From a virus (lineage: Duplodnaviria > Caudoviricetes): DNA of 29,756 nucleotides. The DNA is taken from positions 1-29,756 of the IMG/VR virus record IMGVR_UViG_3300027234_000013; one strand, 5' to 3'. The notes under the pieces are model-generated. The model was not told the origin of the DNA. It saw only the letters and a list, made by a program, of their open reading frames with translations, and searched no databases. This document shows positions 14,752 to 22,315 of the stretch, piece by piece. Numbering within the stretch: position 1 is the stretch's first letter; every line of letters begins with the position of its first letter. A program made the position numbers and the translations under genes.

Positions 14752-17700
14752 CTATGGACCAATTCCATACCAGTCTTCTCCTTCAAGGATTGGAGCGAGT
14801 ATGTCTTTTCTTGTTATCTTATCGGGCGGGTCAATTAGACCCAGTTCTTTAGCTTTGTTTAAAAGCTCATTATACGATTTCCTTGAAAGACCTTGTCTGC
14901 GCATTTCTGCCAGCGTCTTCCTAATCGTATCTCCTTCAAGAGCATCTGCATAGATGGTCCTTAAAGCATCTTTTGCACGTCTTGCTTCACCAAGGTTAGT
15001 AAAGAAAGCATCGTGAATAGTCGCAGTTTCGACATTGTTTTTCAAACCCCACAAGTGGAATTGTCGAACAATTGCAGCGTCGTTACTGTGATTTCCGTTA
15101 ACACCTAGTCCAATACGAGCGTCGTTAAGCGAGCTTTTACCAAGAAGTTTGCCATCTTCTGCGGCAGCTTCATAGATATTTGCTACTCTACGTCCTGTTA
15201 CAGGGTCCGTAAACTCAATACGCTCTTGGAGCTTTGGTCTATATCTTTGTGTCATAATTTTTCCGTCAAACGTAACCCAGGGTATATCTACCTTTTGAGT
15301 ATCGTTAACGAATACCTTTGCAACGTCTTTCCAGTAGTTGATAAAGTTATCAGTGACAGGAGCACGTTGTGCTAGGTTTCTAGACATAATTCTTGAGATT
15401 TCAGTGAAATCTTTAGGTCCAATAATGCCCTGTCTAGCGTCCATTAGCTTATTAACAAAGTCAGCAACATCTGGGTGGATGTCTTGCGCCTGTTTTAACA
15501 AGGTTCTACCAGCAGGTTCATTTTTGTTTATTATCTCAACAAGTTCATCCCTAAAAGACTTAAGTTCTGCCGAAACAGAGCTAGCTCCGAGTCTATCTGC
15601 AACCTTAATCTTACCATCAATAATACGAAGGTTCTCAGAAAGTGTTTCCTTAGTTACTGTAATAAAGCCCTGTGATTCAAGAACCTTAGCAAACTTACCA
15701 GAAACATTTGCAGTCTTAGTTGCATCACCAGCACCATAGAAGCTTACCATGTTCTGGGCTTTAGCAGCTTTTGCTAAGTCTTCCCAAGTTAACTTTGCAT
15801 TTCTTAAGGCAGGAATCTTTAGAAACTCAGGGTCGTTAACAGTATCCATCGCAACAAGGTCATACAGTCTGTTCTTTTGTTTTGTTGCCAAAACGTTAGA
15901 AGCTTGAGAAACCGCTCTATCACCAGTAGACAGACCAATAATTTGAGCACCAGAAGAACTGGCGTCATTTTCAATCATTAGTTTTGTTCTGTAGCTAGTT
16001 AAGGTTTTGCCAGACTTAAGGTGTTTATCAATGCGAGAGTACTCTAAAGCCATTCTAGCCATCTTAGGCACTTCTGGGCCTTCAAGCCCTCTTATCAGAG
16101 GATGTTCAAGAAACTCACGAAGGCGTCTATCTCTTTGAGTAGTAGAAGAAATAAGGTCACCTAGCTCTACTAGTTTTTCACGATTTCTGTTAAAGATTTC
16201 TCGACGACCAGCTTGTGTGAGGGCTTCTGTACCAGGTCCGATTAAAGCGCCAAGCTGAACCTTTAGCTCATCTAACGCTCCGTCTGACATGTTAACTGCT
16301 CTTCCAGAGTTAAGGAAAGGTCGAACAAGCTCACCTCCTGTTGGAGTTAAGTAGCCTCTATGGTATACTCGACCACGGGAGTCAATAAACGCTTGAGTCT
16401 TGAAGTTCTTACCTCGTTGAGCATGATACTTGGCTGTGGACATAAGCCCATACCCTTGTTCACCTCGTGCAAGGATTTCATGACGAAGTTCATTTATGCT
16501 ATCATAATACTTTGAGTTACCACGGGGGTCTCTAAATCTAACAATATCATCCATAAACCCAAAGAATTCGTTGTCTACACCATACTCAACATTCATGACA
16601 TGATTAAGCATCTTTGCCATATCTCTATCAATCTGCTTTTCGTCGTAGTCAGCAAACTTGTCTCTAGAGATTATGGGAACACCAGTGTCATTACCACGAG
16701 CATCAACGTAGGTCTTCTTACCTGCTTTTACATAAAGCTGGTCTCTGCCTGAAGTAACTCCGAGCCGTCTAGAAATGGTCACCCTACGTTCAGCTTCTTG
16801 TAGCTTTATCAGTTCTTTGTTTACTACAATAACTTCCCTAGAAATAACGTCTGAGAAACCCCCAGAAGCCCGTCCTGTTTCAACGTCTATTACACCTCTT
16901 CGAGTTGTACCTCTTAGGTTAACTTTGATATAGCCTTGAGACTTAAAAAACTCAAGAATTGCAGAACCTTCTTTGTGGAAGTCTTTTACAGTGTGTTTTG
17001 TAAAAGGAATTATATCTACAAAGTCTTTCGAAAACTGTTTACCAATGTTAATAGCTAGCGCATCATAGTCAGTAGACTGACCAGAGGCGATTAGCTTAGA
17101 AATCTTAGTAAGACTGTTTATTGCTGCTTCATTGAAGATGGTGTCTGTAGGTTTCTTCTTCGCAATAAGAAATTCTAAGTCAAGTATTTGTCTAACGTTT
17201 TCCCTACCACTCGCCATGGTTTTTGTAAACCAGCTGTCGGAAGGTTCCTTGTTAGTTACTTTTTTATAGAGTTTGTATGCCTTATCTAGTTTTGGATTTG
17301 CCTTTAAAAACTGTTTCTTGAGCTTTTCTGCTGAAGGGTATTTGTCAGTAAACTTATTAAAGTACAAACGCATGGGTGCTCTGCCAGAAAGGAAAAGCTT
17401 CCTAGCTAACTTCTTACCTTCAGTCCTTCTCCAAGCATCAATGAATCTTTGGTCCTTTAGTTGATTCTTTTGCAAGTCATCAAAAGTATAGTACTTGTTC
17501 ATAATGTTAACTTGAGGAGTGTCTTTAGCTAGATAGCTAACAAACATCTCAGAACGCTTACGGGAACGAGTATCTAATAACCTTGAAACGTTTTGAACAG
17601 AAAAACGATTTTCCGCTCTAACAACACTAGCAAAGTTATCCCAAGGTTTCTTATCTTTTGCATAGCGCTCAAGAACAACTCTTAGGTTTTCTACTATAAC

Positions 17701-19116
17701 TGTTTGTTGGTTTACTGAGAGTTTACCTTCAAGTCCAGTAACAACAGACTCTACAAAATCTTTTTGTTCAAGGCTTATAAGTTTAGAACTTCTCATAAAG
17801 TCAAGACGTTCTTGCAAAAGACCAAAGTCAGGATCATAAAGATTGTTGTTCTTAATTTCACCAGTCAAAGGGTCTGCACTAAAGTTTCTTTCATCAAAAG
17901 TATTGTTTACTCTTCGTCTTGATGCGGTTTTACCAACTAGGCTTGTACCTTTGTAGTCTGTCAAAGAAATAGTCTTTGAGTAGTCATCTGCGTCTAAAAT
18001 AAACAACTGACGTAAATCATCTTTGGCCTTTGGGCTACTTACAAGGCTACTTGGACGGCTTGCAGAAAGCCTTAAGTCCGTACCCCTAAGCTGTTCTTTT
18101 GGCTTGAAAACAGTAGTTGCCTGTGAGGCTCTGTTTCTAAGCGCTTGAATGCTTAAAGCATTACCTTTTGGTGTTATAAACTGATCCGCTTTTAGCTTAC
18201 CCTGCCTGAACATATTAGCAGCGTCTTCAGAACCAAGTAGCTTTGACTGAATGACCATAGGTTGTTTCAATAGCCAAGTGCCAAAAGACTCAACACGAGG
18301 AGCTTGTCCTGTGAGGCTTTCAGGCTTCTTCTTAGCAAGATTAAGCTTGTTTATTTTTGGTGTCTTTTCATTAATAAGTTCTTCTTTACTTTTAAGTACT
18401 GGAACCATCGATGAACGACAATTCCAATGTAAAGGCGGTAAAAATCTAGTATCATCCAGATCATAAATTTTTCCATTATGGTGAGAACAGATTGGGCTAG
18501 TCCTAGAGTCAAGAATAGCAGTAAACATGTAACCCTTGATAATGTCTTTATTATCATTAACTACTTTTCTTAAAGCAGCAGTTTGGGTTGAAGTAATTGC
18601 AGTCCTTGTTAAGGTCTTAGCTTGATATTCTGTTATTTTTGTTGTTTTCAAAACATCTGCAATGATCTCGTTTTGAGAGGATCCTTTTGCAAGCCCAGCT
18701 TTCACTTTTGATTGAATGCGGACTAGCTCTCCAGCAGAGATATTTTGGACATTTTGACCAATTGTTTTAGAGCCTCTCATTGTGGGGCCAGTAACCTCCG
18801 CCAAAAGCTCTCGTGCCTTGGGCTTAGTCACTTTGTAGAAGTCTTTAACTTCCTTGTAGAGGTTATCTGTATAAAAGTCTAGCTGTGACGTAGAGAACTC
18901 TGTTATTGAGTTCTTTTTATGAGCTAAAAGCTCAGTGCCAAAGCGGCTGACTTCTTTAGACAAGTTTGCTCTAATATTACCCCTTAAGAGTGTTTTTAGG
19001 TTATTCCTATGTCTTTTTAGAATTCTTCGGTTCTGTAGCTGTACACCTTCTTCGTACAGACGGACGTCTGACATGTGGTCTACAATTCTATCAAAAATCT
19101 TTTCGTTAATATCCAT
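14752..19116 (-). CDS. MuF (Mu gpF/SPP1 gp7-like) minor head protein fused to a T7-family RNA polymerase; putative virion RNAP, 1454 aa
   Basis: N-terminus: TLTRTA...FTAILDSRTSPIC...GKIY...PPLHWNCRS (aa ~165-240). C-terminus: IDSRGRVYHRG (~910), ENDASSSGAQ (~1050), KAQNMVSFYG (~1120), NGNHSNDA, TIHDAF (~1368). Located between portal and scaffold. Confidence 0.9.
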   Translation of the reverse strand: MDINEKIFDRIVDHMSDVRLYEEGVQLQNRRILKRHRNNLKTLLRGNIRANLSKEVSRFGTELLAHKKNSITEFSTSQLDFYTDNLYKEVKDFYKVTKPKARELLAEVTGPTMRGSKTIGQNVQNISAGELVRIQSKVKAGLAKGSSQNEIIADVLKTTKITEYQAKTLTRTAITSTQTAALRKVVNDNKDIIKGYMFTAILDSRTSPICSHHNGKIYDLDDTRFLPPLHWNCRSSMVPVLKSKEELINEKTPKINKLNLAKKKPESLTGQAPRVESFGTWLLKQPMVIQSKLLGSEDAANMFRQGKLKADQFITPKGNALSIQALRNRASQATTVFKPKEQLRGTDLRLSASRPSSLVSSPKAKDDLRQLFILDADDYSKTISLTDYKGTSLVGKTASRRRVNNTFDERNFSADPLTGEIKNNNLYDPDFGLLQERLDFMRSSKLISLEQKDFVESVVTGLEGKLSVNQQTVIVENLRVVLERYAKDKKPWDNFASVVRAENRFSVQNVSRLLDTRSRKRSEMFVSYLAKDTPQVNIMNKYYTFDDLQKNQLKDQRFIDAWRRTEGKKLARKLFLSGRAPMRLYFNKFTDKYPSAEKLKKQFLKANPKLDKAYKLYKKVTNKEPSDSWFTKTMASGRENVRQILDLEFLIAKKKPTDTIFNEAAINSLTKISKLIASGQSTDYDALAINIGKQFSKDFVDIIPFTKHTVKDFHKEGSAILEFFKSQGYIKVNLRGTTRRGVIDVETGRASGGFSDVISREVIVVNKELIKLQEAERRVTISRRLGVTSGRDQLYVKAGKKTYVDARGNDTGVPIISRDKFADYDEKQIDRDMAKMLNHVMNVEYGVDNEFFGFMDDIVRFRDPRGNSKYYDSINELRHEILARGEQGYGLMSTAKYHAQRGKNFKTQAFIDSRGRVYHRGYLTPTGGELVRPFLNSGRAVNMSDGALDELKVQLGALIGPGTEALTQAGRREIFNRNREKLVELGDLISSTTQRDRRLREFLEHPLIRGLEGPEVPKMARMALEYSRIDKHLKSGKTLTSYRTKLMIENDASSSGAQIIGLSTGDRAVSQASNVLATKQKNRLYDLVAMDTVNDPEFLKIPALRNAKLTWEDLAKAAKAQNMVSFYGAGDATKTANVSGKFAKVLESQGFITVTKETLSENLRIIDGKIKVADRLGASSVSAELKSFRDELVEIINKNEPAGRTLLKQAQDIHPDVADFVNKLMDARQGIIGPKDFTEISRIMSRNLAQRAPVTDNFINYWKDVAKVFVNDTQKVDIPWVTFDGKIMTQRYRPKLQERIEFTDPVTGRRVANIYEAAAEDGKLLGKSSLNDARIGLGVNGNHSNDAAIVRQFHLWGLKNNVETATIHDAFFTNLGEARRAKDALRTIYADALEGDTIRKTLAEMRRQGLSRKSYNELLNKAKELGLIDPPDKITRKDILAPILEGEDWYGIGP

Positions 19117-19141
19117 CTAGTACTCCATTGAGTAGTTAGTA

Positions 19142-19165
19142 GAAGAGAGGGGAATTTCACCCCTC
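19142..19165 (-). terminator. Stem-loop between portal and MuF-RNAP (possible attenuator)
   Basis: GAGGGG-TGAAATT-CCCCTC-TCTT. Confidence 0.5.
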
Positions 19166-19172
19166 AATCTAA

Positions 19173-20741
19173 TTATTCTTGTACGTTTACTGAGTTATCC
19201 GCAACAGTATCCACAAGAGGATCTGTTTGAATTTCTTCTCTTGCAGAGTCATCATCGTAGTCAGCCGGTAGGAAGTCGTTATACTTCGCAATGCTAAGGA
19301 AAGTACTTCTACTGATAATACCAGACTGGTACCACTCAGAGACGAGGCGCATAGCACCCTCCCCGCCTACCATTGGAGCAAAGTCGCTAGACATTTGGAA
19401 ACCAATATCAGAACCAGAGTAGTCTGTGTTATACTTCCAGTTTAGCATAAAAGCAATAACCTCTCTTAGCGTACCAGAGATTTTGGCGTTAAGCGTACCA
19501 AGCTGTGCGGTCTGAGAAGCATTTCTAATCTCAAGAGCAACACCAGAAGCCGCCTGTTCAGGTGACAACATCCGAATACCCATCTTAGCCATCTCTTCGA
19601 TAGTAGAGGAAATTGCACGATCCATGTCTGCTAAAGCACCTGTAGGCGTTTCAAGTACACTAATGCTCTCATCTTTACGAACACGCAACCAAGATCCAAG
19701 GCCAGAGTTAACTAGCTCTTCAAACTCTTCGTCAGTCATGTCAGACTGTACGATAGGTGTGTAAGTCGCTGCACCGTATAGTAGGTGGTTACGACGAGAT
19801 ACCTTGTTGTAGAGAGAGACCTCTCTGTCAATCAGTGGCATAAGCACAGGTTCAACAGGTTCAATTTGGCCGTTAAGGGGCCAGGCTGGAATTCTATCAA
19901 TTCTTGTACCAAAGATAGTTGGGTAAACTGTCTTAACCTTTTTAAACTCCGCAGAAGCTGCATAGTCAACGTAGTCTTGCTTAACATCACCATTTAGAAC
20001 TTTGAGTTCGTTATTTGTGTCAGCATGTTCATAGTAATCAATAACTAGCTTACCACCCTCATCAAGGTAGTGATCACAAACAGTATCGACATAGTTAGCG
20101 TGCCACGGGTTGTTATCCTCATAACGAGAGGTTAGATAACGTGAAACGAGTCTACCAAGGGTTTTCTGTCGTGTAACAGGGTGAACAATTGTTTGAACGT
20201 TAATGACAGTCTCTGCCTCAAGCAAAACAGGGTAAGGGCGAATCGTATCTCTTTCTTCAGGAGACATGTTATCGTAGTCTGCTTCATCAATATCAGGATA
20301 GTCTACGTAAGCCCAAGCTCTAGAGGTTTGAAGTTCTTCCCAGAGAGCATTATCTAAGAAGTTAAAGAGGGATCTACCATCCAATGTAAAGTTATCTTTC
20401 AACCAGTAGTAAGCATCCTCTGGGAGTTCTTCTGGGAGTTCTAGCTGAGACTCTTTACGAAGCAAAGCACTAATAAGCACTTTACAGTACTGAGCAGTTA
20501 GACCAGGAAGCTCTGCTTCTGACTTGTAGAAGTCATACTGAGACTGGCTCATGCTTGGAGAAAAAGGGATCAACAAGTTAGTGTAGTCTCTCTCAATATA
20601 CTCATCGTGGGCTTTTACGTTAGACTGACCTTGAAGTACAGCTCTAGACTTTTTCCACAAAGGTTTTAGTGAGTGATAGCTATCACTTGGATCCGCAACT
20701 GACTTTTTAATAGCCTTTGTCGGTTTAGTTATTTGTGACAT
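19173..20741 (-). CDS. Portal protein (DUF4055-like)
   Basis: 522 aa; size, acidic tail, position upstream of MuF/scaffold/capsid, and EEMAKMGIRML...SGVALEIR pattern. Confidence 0.85.
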   Translation of the reverse strand: MSQITKPTKAIKKSVADPSDSYHSLKPLWKKSRAVLQGQSNVKAHDEYIERDYTNLLIPFSPSMSQSQYDFYKSEAELPGLTAQYCKVLISALLRKESQLELPEELPEDAYYWLKDNFTLDGRSLFNFLDNALWEELQTSRAWAYVDYPDIDEADYDNMSPEERDTIRPYPVLLEAETVINVQTIVHPVTRQKTLGRLVSRYLTSRYEDNNPWHANYVDTVCDHYLDEGGKLVIDYYEHADTNNELKVLNGDVKQDYVDYAASAEFKKVKTVYPTIFGTRIDRIPAWPLNGQIEPVEPVLMPLIDREVSLYNKVSRRNHLLYGAATYTPIVQSDMTDEEFEELVNSGLGSWLRVRKDESISVLETPTGALADMDRAISSTIEEMAKMGIRMLSPEQAASGVALEIRNASQTAQLGTLNAKISGTLREVIAFMLNWKYNTDYSGSDIGFQMSSDFAPMVGGEGAMRLVSEWYQSGIISRSTFLSIAKYNDFLPADYDDDSAREEIQTDPLVDTVADNSVNVQE

Positions 20742-20752
20742 TTATAGTTCCT

Positions 20753-21040
20753 TTACCATTTGACTTTATTTGCCCAGTAAGCAGCAGACATTGGGCCCTT
20801 GTCAATATTTGTTTGATGGCGGGCTTTCCAAGCTAAACGTCTTTTACGATCAGCCTCAGACTCACCTTCTTTTTTAGGAGAGCCTTTAGCACCTTGAGAA
20901 CCAAACCGAATTGTTTTAATAGTATCACCAGACTTAGCAACAACAACATGAGACTTAGTAGGGTGGTTTGGAGTACGTTTAGGCTTATTATAACCAGATA
21001 CACCAACACTAGTTAGTCTTGAATCTTTATCTTTAGCCAT
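20753..21040 (-). CDS. Small basic hypothetical phage protein, 95 aa
   Basis: SD AAGGAG; K/R-rich; IRFGSQG...WKARH...SAAYWANKVKW resembles a phage family of unknown function. Confidence 0.8.
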   Translation of the reverse strand: MAKDKDSRLTSVGVSGYNKPKRTPNHPTKSHVVVAKSGDTIKTIRFGSQGAKGSPKKEGESEADRKRRLAWKARHQTNIDKGPMSAAYWANKVKW

Positions 21041-21060
21041 TACAACGACTCCTTAGAATA

Positions 21061-21106
21061 GTATAGTTAAAGTATACCTTAAAGTATATACTTAAAGTAT
21101 AGTATA
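21061..21106. repeat. AT-rich short repeat array (TTAAAGTATA x3, with overlapping palindromes)
   Basis: gtatagTTAAAGTATAccTTAAAGTATAtacTTAAAGTATAgtata; includes perfect palindrome AAGTATATACTT. Confidence 0.8.
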
Positions 21107-21125
21107 GGGTGGGAACCCTGGCGGG

Positions 21126-21148
21126 TTATTCTTAAACGTCAGGTATTA
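21126..21148 (-). promoter_or_regulatory. Class-II putative phage RNAP promoter TAATACCTGACGTTTAA|GAATAA (predicted +1 at 21131)
   Basis: Exact 23-bp repeat; aligns position for position with T7 TAATACGACTCACTATA|GGGAGA. Confidence 0.8.
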
Positions 21149-21215
21149 GTGAGGGAGGGATACTTAAACCCCTCCCCAAAGAGACTGTCAGAAAACTTGA
21201 GAGTTTGTCTGTCTC

Positions 21216-21238
21216 TTATTCTTAAACGTCAGGTATTA
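21216..21238 (-). promoter_or_regulatory. Class-II putative phage RNAP promoter, upstream copy (predicted +1 at 21221)
   Basis: Identical 23-mer 90 bp upstream; first three bases double as the spanin stop codon. Confidence 0.8.
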
Positions 21239-21622
21239 CTTCCTGCCCGTAATTTGCTTAATTGCATGGTAAAGACTACGAAAGATCTCTCTAGGTGAAG
21301 GTATCAAGAAACCACAGAGTAAACCAAAAGCAAGGATCATCCACGTAGGAATCTCATTGACAATTATAGTATCTACACTTTCGGTATTAACCCTACTTGT
21401 GTTGTTTGACTGGTCAATTTTTTCTACGGGGCCCGATGTTCTTGCTTGAGGTCTAAAGGTTGTGTTTACCCCAACATTTTGAGTGTTCTCTTTACCAACT
21501 TGTGTGTTGGCAGCAACGTTAGTGCCCTTGCCAGAGAGTAGACTAAGCGGACTTAGCCCGCTACAGCTAGCGAGAACCATCGTCAAGATGATTGTTATTG
21601 TTAGTTTCCGTAACTTTTCCAT
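21236..21622 (-). CDS. Putative unimolecular spanin (lipoprotein with C-terminal TM)
   Basis: Lipobox LAS-C at residue 20, polar N/T/V-rich middle, C-terminal TM WMILAFGLLCGFLI; follows endolysin and holin. Confidence 0.72.
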   Translation of the reverse strand: MEKLRKLTITIILTMVLASCSGLSPLSLLSGKGTNVAANTQVGKENTQNVGVNTTFRPQARTSGPVEKIDQSNNTSRVNTESVDTIIVNEIPTWMILAFGLLCGFLIPSPREIFRSLYHAIKQITGRK

Positions 21623-21806
21623 TTACATAAATCCCAAAGAAGCCAGCGCCCGCACCGACAATTACAGAAACAAACCCCGCTTGTGCGTTAGTAGGGTCTG
21701 ATAAGGCCATGAACCACTCTGTAGTACGGTAGAAGGCAATACCGTAGAGCGTTATTATAAGTCTTGGCCAGATGCGCCACCTGTTAAGCCACTCTGGTGT
21801 AAACAT
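21567..21806 (-). CDS. Putative holin (2 TM), 79 aa
   Basis: Two hydrophobic segments and hydrophilic tail; sits between endolysin and spanin. Confidence 0.68.
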   Translation of the reverse strand: MFTPEWLNRWRIWPRLIITLYGIAFYRTTEWFMALSDPTNAQAGFVSVIVGAGAGFFGIYVNGKVTETNNNNHLDDGSR

Positions 21807-22258
21807 CAGATCAGCTCAAAGTGGGGGCCATCAATAAATGGTCGCTTGCCCTGAGACCTACGAGTGTCTACGTAAGACATCATAGCCTCTTCCATAGTAC
21901 CCTCCCAGAGACGAATGTCAGGGACAGTCCAAGCGGCCCCCCAACGAACAGGTACACTAAGCTCTATGGCAGCTTCTTTCATAGCGTCAGCAAGGTCATC
22001 ATAGACGTTGAGTTGCCAAGAGACATCACTCCCAATATAGGCCACAAGGTCAACAGCGTGACCTGTTAAGTGTTTAGAGTTCATTGTCTGAGTTGCACCA
22101 CTATTTAGTAGAGCCCTTTGTTGTTCAAGGGTACGAAGACCTTGTGTTACACCAAAATCAATTTTAGTAAGTGTAATAGCCTTTTTCACTACTTTAACAA
22201 GATCGGGGTGAACCCCGTTTAGTTTGTTTAAACTTCTTTGGCTCAGTTGATAACTCAT
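21806..22258 (-). CDS. Endolysin, peptidase M15 family (L-Ala-D-Glu peptidase-like, ~150 aa)
   Basis: Start re-set to ATG 22258 (SD AAAGGAG); LSQRSLNKLNGVHPDL, GLRTLEQQ, SKHLTGHAVD, DGPHFEL motifs. Confidence 0.93.
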   Translation of the reverse strand: MSYQLSQRSLNKLNGVHPDLVKVVKKAITLTKIDFGVTQGLRTLEQQRALLNSGATQTMNSKHLTGHAVDLVAYIGSDVSWQLNVYDDLADAMKEAAIELSVPVRWGAAWTVPDIRLWEGTMEEAMMSYVDTRRSQGKRPFIDGPHFELI

Positions 22259-22285
22259 AGAGTAATCTCCTTTTAAAAGTAGGTT

Positions 22286-22315
22286 AAAGGTGCCCCTCGA
22301 AAGGGGCAACTTTTT
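22286..22315 (-). terminator. Rho-independent terminator (possibly bidirectional) after tail tip gene
   Basis: AAAAGTTGCCCCT-TTCG-AGGGGCACCTTT. Confidence 0.75.

Noticed and set aside
14752-19116. MuF polymorphic toxin or DNA polymerase A interpretation
   Set aside because: The C-terminus has the DxRGRxY and NxxHSxDA motifs specific to T7-type RNAPs; no toxin motif or adjacent immunity gene is seen.
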